Origin: a virus
Virus record (IMG/VR): IMGVR_UViG_3300017605_000880
Span: 1 to 64,000 of that record
Strand: one strand, 5' to 3'
DNA: 64,000 nucleotides
A model generated the notes under the pieces. It made no database searches. It saw nothing but the letters and a program-made list of their open reading frames with translations, and was not told where the DNA came from. A program made the translations under genes and the position numbers. This document shows positions 8,259 through 17,073 of the stretch, piece after piece (position 1 is the first letter of the stretch; each line of letters opens with the position of its first letter).

Positions 8259-9211
8259 TGGGCACACCCTGGGGCGACCAACCCCCACTCGTGTACTTCG
8301 CCGAACCGATCGACAAAGCCCACGGGCAGAACTTCGCCATCGCCGCCGCCATGCACGGCGCACTAACCACCTGGGGCTGCACCACCTACCGCCCCAGCGC
8401 AGCCTGGAAAGCCACCCACCTGGACTGGCGGGTTGAACATCTCAACCGGCAAGCCCTGCGCCTGGCCGACCTGATCGTTGCCTACCTCGACGAGCACACC
8501 CCATCGATCGGGGTCCCCGCCGAGATCGAAGCCGCCACCGCCCAGAAAATCCCCGCCATCGTCCACTACACCGGCCAGTCGTTCGCCCTGGCCAGCAACC
8601 CGCTGGTCACTGTCATCCGAGACACCGCTGACCTGGTCGCAGCGGTGATGCGGGCGTTGAAAGACCACCCCCGACCCGACCGGGCCGCCGACCACCACCT
8701 GGCCCGGACCCTCGCAGCAGGCGGTTCGGTCAGCCTCGGCACCATCACCCCCACCACAGCTACCGCCCTGGTCGCCCAGATCAACGGCCCCGAACCGATC
8801 CGGCTGGTCGTCACCGACGGCGCCACCCCGCCTGTGCGGGTCTACGCCGACGACGCCGGGATCGACCTCACCACCGCCGCCGAGGTGACTATCAGCCCTG
8901 GGCAGTACATCGACGTCCCCACCCAGGTCGAAGCCACCCAACTCCCGGACGGGTACTGGGGGTTGATCACCGGCCGCTCGAGCGCCCTACGGAAATGGCG
9001 CCTGCACATCCCGAACGCGGTCATCGACCCCGGCTGGCGCGGCCCGCTGTTCGTCGGGGTGTGGAACCTCGGCGGGAACCCCGTCACCGTCAAAGCCGGC
9101 GACCGGCTCGGACAGCTGATCCTCATCCCCAACCACCCCGCCCCGATCGAGGTCGTCGCAGCGGTTGAGGACCACCCCCGGGGTTTGAAAGGTTTCGGCT
9201 CGAGCGGATGA
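8258..9211 (+). CDS. nucleoside 2-deoxyribosyltransferase/N-glycosidase-like domain fused to trimeric dUTPase
   Basis: N-term VYFAEPID...NRQALRLADLIVAYL...SIGVPAEIEAA; C-term DAGIDL, GRSS, VIDPGWRG, GDRLGQL, RGLKGFGSSG (dUTPase motifs 1-5). Confidence 0.8.
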   Translation: MGTPWGDQPPLVYFAEPIDKAHGQNFAIAAAMHGALTTWGCTTYRPSAAWKATHLDWRVEHLNRQALRLADLIVAYLDEHTPSIGVPAEIEAATAQKIPAIVHYTGQSFALASNPLVTVIRDTADLVAAVMRALKDHPRPDRAADHHLARTLAAGGSVSLGTITPTTATALVAQINGPEPIRLVVTDGATPPVRVYADDAGIDLTTAAEVTISPGQYIDVPTQVEATQLPDGYWGLITGRSSALRKWRLHIPNAVIDPGWRGPLFVGVWNLGGNPVTVKAGDRLGQLILIPNHPAPIEVVAAVEDHPRGLKGFGSSG

Positions 9212-9651
9212 AACCGAACCACCAATGCCGGGTCTGCGGGCGGTGGCTCGAAGGCGAATGGAACCGGACCACCGACCCAGACCTGCAGGCCGCCCTACAG
9301 CGGCAGATGGACCAAGGCCACTGCGACAGCTGCACACCAGACCCCGAACGACCCCACCAATGGCGACCTACCCGGCTCGGCATCACCCGCATCCTGCAGA
9401 CCGAACGGCTATCCATCCACCGCGTCAACTACCTGTGGTGGTGCGCCTGGTGCGGCCGGCAGACCAGACAACCCGACTACCCCGGCGGGATGTGCAACCA
9501 ACACCGGCTCGCAGAGATCACCGGCCGGACCTACACCGCCGACACCAAACCCCCACTCCCAGGAAGGCCACCCAACCGGACATGGCACCCGACTACCACT
9601 GCGTGTACTGCCGCCCCCAACCCCACGCACGATTCCACAACGGCACATTGA
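9208..9651 (+). CDS. Cys-rich hypothetical protein
   Basis: Several CxxC pairs; ATGA overlap. Confidence 0.55.
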   Translation: MKPNHQCRVCGRWLEGEWNRTTDPDLQAALQRQMDQGHCDSCTPDPERPHQWRPTRLGITRILQTERLSIHRVNYLWWCAWCGRQTRQPDYPGGMCNQHRLAEITGRTYTADTKPPLPGRPPNRTWHPTTTACTAAPNPTHDSTTAH

Positions 9652-9872
9652 TCGAAATCGTTCTGCACCACCTCGGACGGCGCTGCCACGGCGACATCAC
9701 CCGGCTCACACCCACCGAATGGGACAGTTACGCACCCGCCCACGTGGATACAGAGCTGCGCCAGAAATGGGTCCAGAACTGGCAACGCGAACATGCACCC
9801 GCCACTGCGACAGCCCGACCGGACCGGCCCCGACCTGCCGGGACCGTCCGACGGCCCACCCCCCGCCGGTAG
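9582..9872 (+). CDS. hypothetical protein
   Basis: MAPDYHCVYCRPQPH...; GGAAGG upstream. Confidence 0.4.
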   Translation: MAPDYHCVYCRPQPHARFHNGTLIEIVLHHLGRRCHGDITRLTPTEWDSYAPAHVDTELRQKWVQNWQREHAPATATARPDRPRPAGTVRRPTPRR

Positions 9873-10053
9873 GGTGTTGTCCCGCCAGAACCAGCGGTAC
9901 GATAGACGATCCGCGCCCGCAGACAGGAGCGGGGGGCTGCGCCGCCACGCGCAACCCCCCACCTACCGTCACCGGACCCGCAAGAACCACCTGGATCAAT
10001 CCTAGCACAACCGGCCCCCGACGGCCGCCAACCACCAACAAGAGGGGGGACGA

Positions 10054-12237
10054 GTGGAACGTACCCCGCTGCAGGTCGTGCTCGACGCCATCACCACCCG
10101 CACCGGGACCGGGCAGCTGCAGAACGGCCAGTGGCGGTTGCACTGCCCCGCCCACCCAGACCGGAACTCCAGCCTCGGCCTCGGCGAATCCCCAGCCGGA
10201 CACGCCCTGCTGTACTGCCAAGCCGGCTGCCGCACCGAAGACGTCCTCGCATCGGTCGACCTGCAGATGCGCGACCTGTACCCCATCCCGGTCAGCGACC
10301 GTCGTGACGACCCGATCGTCGCCACCTACCCCTACGTTGACGAGACCGGGCAGCTACTGTTCCAAGTGCTACGGACCGCGAACAAACGGTTCATGCAACG
10401 CCGCCCCGACCCCGACCACCACGGCAAATGGATCTACAAACTCGACGAGGTCCGACGGGTCCTGTACCGCCTCCCAGCTGTGCTGCAAGCCATCCGCGAA
10501 GGCCAAACCATCTACCTGGTGGAGGGCGAGAAAGACGTCCACACCGTCGAGTTGGACGGCGGTGTCGGGACTTGCAACCCCGGCGGCGCCGGGAAATGGC
10601 GACCCGAATATACCGAACAGCTACGCGGCGCCCACCTCGTCATCGTCGCCGACATCGACCCCACCGGGGTCGGGATGCGCCACGCCCGGACCCTACACCA
10701 ACAGCTACAACCAGTAGCAGCCAGCCTGTTGTTGACCCAGCCCGCTGCCGGGAAAGACACCACCGACCACCGGCTCGCCGGGCACCAACTGGACGAACTG
10801 ACCATCGTCGACCCTAACCCCCCAACCCCCAGCTTGCAGGCCGTCCCGCTGCCCCCGGAGGCCATCGACGGGCCAGCCGAGCCGGTATCACCCGCCACCA
10901 TTGATATGGGGAGAGCGAGGATCCGGTTGACCCCCGCCAGCGCATTCACCATCAAACCCGTCCGGTGGGTGTGGGACGGGCGGATGCCGCTCGGCGAGAT
11001 CTGCCTCATCGCCGGCCGCGAAGGCGTCGGCAAAAGCACATTCCTAGCCTGGCTCACCGCCGCCATCACAAACGGTAACCTCCCCGGGGTGTACGAAGGC
11101 GAACCCCGGGCCGTCCTGTATTCAGCATCGGAAGACGCCTGGAGTTACACCATCGCCCCCCGGATGGTCGCCGCCGGAGCCAACCTCGACCTGGTCTACC
11201 GGATCGACACACTCGACGACGACGGCACCCCCGGGAAGTTGATCCTCCCACGCGACAGCCGGTACCTGCCGGAGATCGCCGAAGAAACCAAAGCCGCCGC
11301 ACTCATGTGCGACCCCATCCTCAGCCTCGTCGACGGAAGGATCAACCCCAACCAAGCCCAAGAACTCCGGTCCGCACTCGAACCGTTGAAACACGCCGCC
11401 GAAACCGCCGGGATCGTCGTCCCCGCACTGGTGCACTTCAACAAAACCCGCGACGTCGACATCCTATCGATGATCGCCGGGTCGAGATCCTGGTCCGAAG
11501 TCGCCCGCGCCGCACTCGCCATCGCCGAGGACAAAGAAGCCGAAGAATACACCTGTGTCGTCTCCCAAGGCAAGAACAACCTCGGCCGGAGAAACCTCCC
11601 CAACCTGCTGTACACCATCGACGACGTAGCGTTGGAGACCGAGGACGGACCACCCGCCAGGGTCGGGCGGCTGCGCTGGACCGGCGAGACCGAACTGGAG
11701 GCGGAGGAGGTCCTCCAACGGAAACCGGCCAGCCAAGCCAACCGCGACAACGTCAACCGGACCCAGGCGGCGATCCTGGACTGGCTGGACGAACAAGGCC
11801 GCGCCTGCAGCCCCCGCGAGGTCGCTGACGGACTCCCGGACGTCCTGAACTACGAGAACGCGAAGAAAACCCTCGCCCGGTTGGCGTCACGCGGCGTGAT
11901 CCAACGCGTAGGGACAGGCTTGTATCGCACTGAACCCGCTGTCCCTGCCGCCGGAGCCGGGTCAACGGCCGCGCGCACGCGCGACCCCCTCGGAAACCTG
12001 TCCCTGTCCCCCTCCCAAGTCAGGGGGGGTAAAAGGGAGGGACAGGGACAGCAGGGACAAGGGACAGGGACAGGGACGGAGGGGGCAGGGGGGTTGTCCC
12101 TCGAGGTGGTAAGGAGCTGTTCGGTCTGCTACGGACCGTTAACCCCAGTAGAGCCAGGGCAAACCACCCACCCCACCTGCCAACCCGAGACGCCCGGTGA
12201 TACGCTGGGTGCCACGGAAGGAGACACCGCCACATGA
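10054..12237 (+). CDS. DNA primase-helicase (Zn finger + Toprim + AAA_25/RepA-like helicase + C-terminal HTH)
   Basis: CPAHPD..CQAGC; VEGEKD and ADID Toprim motifs; Walker A GREGVGKS; Walker B LMCDP; LVHFNK. Confidence 0.9.
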   Translation: MERTPLQVVLDAITTRTGTGQLQNGQWRLHCPAHPDRNSSLGLGESPAGHALLYCQAGCRTEDVLASVDLQMRDLYPIPVSDRRDDPIVATYPYVDETGQLLFQVLRTANKRFMQRRPDPDHHGKWIYKLDEVRRVLYRLPAVLQAIREGQTIYLVEGEKDVHTVELDGGVGTCNPGGAGKWRPEYTEQLRGAHLVIVADIDPTGVGMRHARTLHQQLQPVAASLLLTQPAAGKDTTDHRLAGHQLDELTIVDPNPPTPSLQAVPLPPEAIDGPAEPVSPATIDMGRARIRLTPASAFTIKPVRWVWDGRMPLGEICLIAGREGVGKSTFLAWLTAAITNGNLPGVYEGEPRAVLYSASEDAWSYTIAPRMVAAGANLDLVYRIDTLDDDGTPGKLILPRDSRYLPEIAEETKAAALMCDPILSLVDGRINPNQAQELRSALEPLKHAAETAGIVVPALVHFNKTRDVDILSMIAGSRSWSEVARAALAIAEDKEAEEYTCVVSQGKNNLGRRNLPNLLYTIDDVALETEDGPPARVGRLRWTGETELEAEEVLQRKPASQANRDNVNRTQAAILDWLDEQGRACSPREVADGLPDVLNYENAKKTLARLASRGVIQRVGTGLYRTEPAVPAAGAGSTAARTRDPLGNLSLSPSQVRGGKREGQGQQGQGTGTGTEGAGGLSLEVVRSCSVCYGPLTPVEPGQTTHPTCQPETPGDTLGATEGDTAT
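11911..12100. repeat. GGGACA/TGTCCC iteron cluster, candidate replication origin
   Basis: GGGACA at 11911, 12039, 12045, 12054, 12061, 12067 (GGGAC at 12073); inverted TGTCCC at 11940, 11999, 12005, 12095. Confidence 0.65.
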
Positions 12238-13676
12238 GCCGACGCACCCCCACCCCAGACATCGACCGCATCTGGACCACCACCTGGACCACACACCTGT
12301 GGCACCAACAATGGCTCGCCCACCTGCACACCCAAACCCGAGCCAACCCCAACCACCCAGGACACGACCACCTCGACCACTACCACCAAGCCGCCCAGGC
12401 TTACACCGACAACCCCACCCCATGGTTGATCGAACAACAACACCAAGAACAGATCACCCGACACGACCTGCAAGCCGCACTCGACGTGTTCAACCGGCAC
12501 GCCGGACACGACACCGCCCACTACGGACTCACCAGCCACGACATCACCGACCCCACCACCCAGATCCAGATCCGAGACAGCGCCAACCACATCCTGCGCC
12601 AGATCACCGAACTCGCCCACCAACTCGGACAACAAGCCCGAACCTGGCGCCTGCAACCGCTGCTCGCCCGCACCCACGGCCAACCCGCCCAGGTCACCAG
12701 CTACGGACACCGGATCGCCACCACCATCACCCCGCTGCTCGCGGCCGGGGCCCGGCTCGAGGCCGCGATCCAGAACTACGACTTCCGCCCGCCGCACGGC
12801 GCGGTCGGCACCTCTGCTGACCTGAACCGCGTCCTACACGGGTGGGCCAGCAGCGGGGACGCCCCGACGACGGCCTCGGAGGGGTCTCCGAGCGCCTCGG
12901 AGCCCCCGACGGGTATTTCGGGCCCCCCTCGGGCTTCGGAGGCCGCCGGAAAGGCTTCCGAAGCCGTCGACCTGTACGGCGTTTTGATCGCCAAAGCCGC
13001 CGGGTTCCTGTTCGTGATGCCCACCACCCGTCAGATCTACCACCGCAGCTACGACCTGCCGATCGCGTCGGCGATGGTGGAGGTCGCGGCGGTCGCCCAG
13101 ACCTGGGCCACCGACCGGCGTCTGGAGGCGATGCTCGGGTTGGGCAACGAAACCCGCGACCCGGGGCAGGTCGGCTCGTCTGCGATGGCACATAAGACCA
13201 ACCCTGTCTTGTGCGAGCGGATCTGCAGCCTGGCGTCGGTTACGCGGAGTCACTACACCGGGTTGGCGGAGATCGCGGGGCAGGGTTGGCTCGAGGGGGA
13301 TGTGTCGACCTCTGCAGCCCGTCGGTTGTTGCTGCCGCAACTGTTCTCGAATGTCTCGGCGATCCTGATCAACTGGCGGGACGCGGCCGACCGGTGGGAG
13401 CCGGATTGTAAGCGGCTATCCCAGGAGTTGGGGTTATACGCCCAGGAGGTGTCGACGGGTGCGTTGCTGCACTATCTGGTCGAGTCTGGGGTGCCACGGT
13501 CGGAGGCTCACGAGAAGCTGCGCGGGGGGGTGTTGGGGGTCCTGGCCGAGGCGGACGACGACCGTCACGAGCAGTTAGTGGAGGTGATGGTGGATGCGTC
13601 TCGGATCCCGGCGCAGGCGTTGATTGAGGTCGATGTAATTGTGGAGGCAACGGCCCCCCTCGGCCCGTCCAGTTGA
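12234..13676 (+). CDS. purB: adenylosuccinate lyase (phage-encoded PurB)
   Basis: TRHDL, HYGLTSHDI, ARTHGQPAQVT, GAVGT and fumarate-lyase signature GSSAMAHKTNP. Confidence 0.85.
   Translation: MSRRTPTPDIDRIWTTTWTTHLWHQQWLAHLHTQTRANPNHPGHDHLDHYHQAAQAYTDNPTPWLIEQQHQEQITRHDLQAALDVFNRHAGHDTAHYGLTSHDITDPTTQIQIRDSANHILRQITELAHQLGQQARTWRLQPLLARTHGQPAQVTSYGHRIATTITPLLAAGARLEAAIQNYDFRPPHGAVGTSADLNRVLHGWASSGDAPTTASEGSPSASEPPTGISGPPRASEAAGKASEAVDLYGVLIAKAAGFLFVMPTTRQIYHRSYDLPIASAMVEVAAVAQTWATDRRLEAMLGLGNETRDPGQVGSSAMAHKTNPVLCERICSLASVTRSHYTGLAEIAGQGWLEGDVSTSAARRLLLPQLFSNVSAILINWRDAADRWEPDCKRLSQELGLYAQEVSTGALLHYLVESGVPRSEAHEKLRGGVLGVLAEADDDRHEQLVEVMVDASRIPAQALIEVDVIVEATAPLGPSS
12868..12969. repeat. 102-bp in-frame segment bounded by 14-bp imperfect inverted repeats inside purB
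   Basis: CGACGGCCTCGGAG (12868-12881) vs TTCCGAAGCCGTCG (12956-12969), 12/14 complementary; internal GCYTCGGAG repeats encoding ASE. Confidence 0.55.
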
Positions 13677-14191
13677 CACCCGGGGTGGCACGGTGGTTTC
13701 CTGGTGGGATGCCTGAACATAGCCACGCCGATCCGGCTGCTGAGTTCCGACGGTCGATGCAGGACGGGCATCCCTGGCTGCCCGGCGGCGTCTTCGCCGC
13801 CAACCCCGGACTGGACCAGCGCATCCTGGCCGCGCTGGAATCCTGGACCGCTCCGTTGTCCTGGGCAAATAGTCCGCCGCCGTCGATCCTGGTTGAGTTC
13901 GAGACCGACGCGCACAGGGCCGAGGTCGAAGCACTTCGAACGCAGATCGCGGCACTCACCGCCGAACGGGACCGGGCACAACGCCTCGCCGGGGAAGCAC
14001 GGGCGCTGCTGGAGTCCTGGTACCACGACCCGGACTGTTCGGTCGGCAGACGTGAGCTGCAGCACTTCGAAGGCGAGAAGGTGTGCGCGCACTTCAAAGA
14101 GCGGTGGCGGCACCAGTGCGCCGAGGCGCTGCTCGCCGTCCTGGGCGGCGCCGAACCCGACGGGGAGGCTGTTGGCCCCAGCGAGAGCTAA
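13673..14191 (+). CDS. hypothetical protein
   Basis: Coiled-coil plus HDPDC...CAH...C; start uncertain. Confidence 0.55.
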   Translation: MTPGVARWFPGGMPEHSHADPAAEFRRSMQDGHPWLPGGVFAANPGLDQRILAALESWTAPLSWANSPPPSILVEFETDAHRAEVEALRTQIAALTAERDRAQRLAGEARALLESWYHDPDCSVGRRELQHFEGEKVCAHFKERWRHQCAEALLAVLGGAEPDGEAVGPSES

Positions 14192-14201
14192 GCTGGGATC
14201 T

Positions 14202-14384
14202 ATGCCAGCTGATGTCTTCGCCCGAGTCCGGGTCACCCGAGTATTCAACCTCGAAGAACAACTCCGCGACCAAGTCCAAACCCTGCAAGGCCAACTCCAA
14301 ACCCTGCAAGGCCAACTCCAGACCCTGCAGGGTCAGGTCCAGAACCTGAACCAACGAGTCACCGCTCTGGAGAACGCACCGTGA
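14202..14384 (+). CDS. small coiled-coil protein with QTLQGQL heptad repeats
   Basis: About three tandem 21-bp repeats (approx. 14276-14338); TAAGCT -10-like box 7 nt before ATG. Confidence 0.65.
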   Translation: MPADVFARVRVTRVFNLEEQLRDQVQTLQGQLQTLQGQLQTLQGQVQNLNQRVTALENAP

Positions 14385-14397
14385 AAGGACAACACCT

Positions 14398-14928
14398 GTG
14401 GTAAGCGACGGATATTGGCTGGCCGCCCCCGGCCACGGCTGGCGGCGGGTCAAGCTCGAGGATTACCTGACCGCAGCCGGCAACGCCGGGCTGTACCGCA
14501 CCGTCACCGACCGGCCCCCCGAAGCGTTCACCGACATCGCCTCCGGGATCCGAGGCACCACGACCGACCCGAACACCACCCCGCAGGAGGTCCCCCGGTT
14601 GCACGTGGAAGGCCGGACGTTGAACGAGCAGCTGGGCGATCTGCGCACCGCATGGAGCCAGCTTGGCGAGGCGTTGGCTGCTGTCGGCCAGGCGTCGCGC
14701 GTGATCGCCGAGGCCCGGCAGATCTTCCGGGAGGCTGTGACGGTCAAGAACCAGTCGTGTTCGGCCGCGCTGCCCCAGGGGGATCCCCGGGTGTGCTATG
14801 TCTGGACGACCCACGAACACCCCGACCTGCCCGGGATCAAGATCGAGACCTGCATGCGATGTGGGCAGCCCAACTGGGAGGCCCTGACCCGGCTGCTGCA
14901 GCCAACCGACAAGGAGAACCCCGAGTGA
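14398..14928 (+). CDS. hypothetical protein
   Basis: AAAGGA SD; C-terminal C...H...CxxC. Confidence 0.6.
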   Translation: MVSDGYWLAAPGHGWRRVKLEDYLTAAGNAGLYRTVTDRPPEAFTDIASGIRGTTTDPNTTPQEVPRLHVEGRTLNEQLGDLRTAWSQLGEALAAVGQASRVIAEARQIFREAVTVKNQSCSAALPQGDPRVCYVWTTHEHPDLPGIKIETCMRCGQPNWEALTRLLQPTDKENPE

Positions 14929-15563
14929 ACCGGCCCATCAAGATCCTCACCGCCGCCGTCACAACCGCCGCCATAGTTGTGACACTGACCGGCTGCTCCA
15001 AGACCGAGAACTGGATCGCCGACGCGATGCGCGCGTTGGGCTCCACCCCCGGCACCGTGTACAACTTCGGACCGGACGGGCAGCAGGTCTATCAGGCGCA
15101 CTGCCGCAGCCTGGACTTCGCTCCGGACCACCAGTTCGACGTATATAACGCCAAGGGAGAGAAGACCGGCGACTCATCGGTCATCCTGATCTCCTGCGGC
15201 GACAACCAGATCCGGACGGTGGGGTTCACCACGGTCTACGTCTCGGACGAGGCCCAGGGGGCTCTGTTCGCCAACTCGCAGCAGTTCGCCAGCCTGCGGA
15301 TCCAGAACAACGACCGCAGCATCCCGTTGGTCAACTTTGCGTGGCGGGCGGTTAAGAACCAGTTCGTGGGGACGGCCGGTGTCGCGCAGGTGTGCGACCA
15401 GTGGAACAACCCGATCATGGCTTTCGCGGGGACGATCAACGGGTTCTCCACCGATGTGACGAAGTCGACGATGTTCCAGGTCAAGTACGGCGACAAGAAA
15501 ACGGGCTATGTCTGGGTGTCGCGCGGGTCGTACACCGTGACCGACACGGCGCTGCTGGGCTGA
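14925..15563 (+). CDS. lipoprotein (DUF5052-like)
   Basis: GTG start after AAGGAG; lipobox LTGC; beta-rich body resembling DUF5052 phage lipoproteins. Confidence 0.65.
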   Translation: MNRPIKILTAAVTTAAIVVTLTGCSKTENWIADAMRALGSTPGTVYNFGPDGQQVYQAHCRSLDFAPDHQFDVYNAKGEKTGDSSVILISCGDNQIRTVGFTTVYVSDEAQGALFANSQQFASLRIQNNDRSIPLVNFAWRAVKNQFVGTAGVAQVCDQWNNPIMAFAGTINGFSTDVTKSTMFQVKYGDKKTGYVWVSRGSYTVTDTALLG

Positions 15564-15625
15564 CGGGGGGGGCAGGGCGGCGGACGCACCTTGTGTCACA
15601 CTGGATGTCACGCTAAGATGGTGCC

Positions 15626-16261
15626 GTGGATCTATCGATACGAACCGCCACCGCCGCCCTGACCGCACTCGCCACCCTCACCCTCACCACCGGGTGTAAC
15701 ACCGACTTCTGGGGCAACCCACAACCCGGCCCCAGCGACGAAGGCACCAGCTGCCCCGTAGGAGAAGGACCCGTGGCCCCACCCCCGCCATTCGACCCCG
15801 CCGCCCAACAGAAGCCCGACGGCGTCACCCCCGGCAACAGCTGGATCGTGTTCGAACTCGAAGTCCGGGCGTTGGACGTCGACGGGAACCGCGACTACTG
15901 CATCCCGTTCGCCGGGCACGTCTACGCCCGATCCGGCGAAGCCGACACCGTCACCCTCGACGGTGCCGGGCTGCCCGGCGGGCCGCACGACTTTACCGGG
16001 ACCACCCCCTGGGCCGGGCGGTACCTCGCGCTGCAGTACAACCCGACCGAGCAGCGGTTCGCCGGCCAACCCCCCGCCTATGAGGTCCACCTCGACGCGA
16101 CCTACCTCGCCGATCGGGACGCCCACAACCCGCCCCCGGCGGCGCTGCGCTGTGCGATCCGGCTGCGCGGGGCGACCGTCGCGCAGGACCTGTCGGTGAT
16201 CGCCCAGGGCAGCAACGTCCGGTGTGAGCTGCGCAGCAACGACTACTGGATCCACGCATGA
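15626..16261 (+). CDS. lipoprotein
   Basis: Signal peptide with LTTGC lipobox; Pro-rich linker; TAAGAT -10 box 6 nt before start. Confidence 0.7.
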   Translation: MDLSIRTATAALTALATLTLTTGCNTDFWGNPQPGPSDEGTSCPVGEGPVAPPPPFDPAAQQKPDGVTPGNSWIVFELEVRALDVDGNRDYCIPFAGHVYARSGEADTVTLDGAGLPGGPHDFTGTTPWAGRYLALQYNPTEQRFAGQPPAYEVHLDATYLADRDAHNPPPAALRCAIRLRGATVAQDLSVIAQGSNVRCELRSNDYWIHA

Positions 16262-16340
16262 AGATCTCAATTCTGTTGGTCGCCCTGACGGCGGCGTTCT
16301 GCACCCTCGCGGCGGTCGGATTCCTGGCCGGATACATCCG

Positions 16341-16715
16341 ATGAGCCGGGCGTTGTACGGCAACGCCCGAGGCCACTGGGCGCAGTTGACCTGGCCGACG
16401 GGGCTGGTGGCCCCCCCGGTGTTGGGGATGCACCAGCCGCTGGTCGGGCCAGTCGAGTTGACCTATCTCGGGCATCCCGGCGATGTCATGAGCCGGATCT
16501 GCGTGCGGCACGGCGGCGGGAACAAACGTCCGGCGCAGCAGGCGATCGCCCGGCTGCTCGGGGTGACCCAGCAGTCGGTGTCACGGTACGCTCAGGGGCA
16601 GACGTTGCCGCCAACCATCGCCGTGCCGATAATCGTCCGAATGTGGTTCGACCCGCAGTTGGTCGAGGACGCGATGGCTGCGATCGAGGCGGAGGGGGGC
16701 AGCGACGGTGGTTGA
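16341..16715 (+). CDS. Cro/XRE-type HTH protein
   Basis: QQAIARLLGVTQQSVSRYAQGQTLP. Confidence 0.7.
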   Translation: MSRALYGNARGHWAQLTWPTGLVAPPVLGMHQPLVGPVELTYLGHPGDVMSRICVRHGGGNKRPAQQAIARLLGVTQQSVSRYAQGQTLPPTIAVPIIVRMWFDPQLVEDAMAAIEAEGGSDGG

Positions 16716-17073
16716 TCTTCACGGCGAGATTCGGGTCCGGATCGAGGCCCGGCAGCAGCGGGCCCGGGAAGCTGCCCCGACCTGGGGTAAGAGCGTCCGC
16801 GATGGCGGGGTCGGTACGACCTTCACCCACCAGGCTGGGCAATGGGAGGCGGCCGAGGCGACGAAGGTGTTCGTCTATCATGAGAACCCGACGGTCGTCC
16901 TGCGCAACTGTGCCGAGGACCTTGACGTGCTCGAGCGGCATCGGCCGTGCGCCTGCGATCTGGCTCGCGAAGCCCCACACTGCGCCACCCACCGGTGCTA
17001 TGTCGCCCGGCCGCACGACGCGATCCTGTCGCTGGCCCGCCGCTACGGGATCGAGGAGGTCGGCGGTGCCTGA
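16708..17073 (+). CDS. hypothetical protein (DUF6221-like)
   Basis: ARQQRAREAAPTW...HENPTVVLRNCAEDLDVLERH...ILSLARRY. Confidence 0.6.
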   Translation: MVDLHGEIRVRIEARQQRAREAAPTWGKSVRDGGVGTTFTHQAGQWEAAEATKVFVYHENPTVVLRNCAEDLDVLERHRPCACDLAREAPHCATHRCYVARPHDAILSLARRYGIEEVGGA

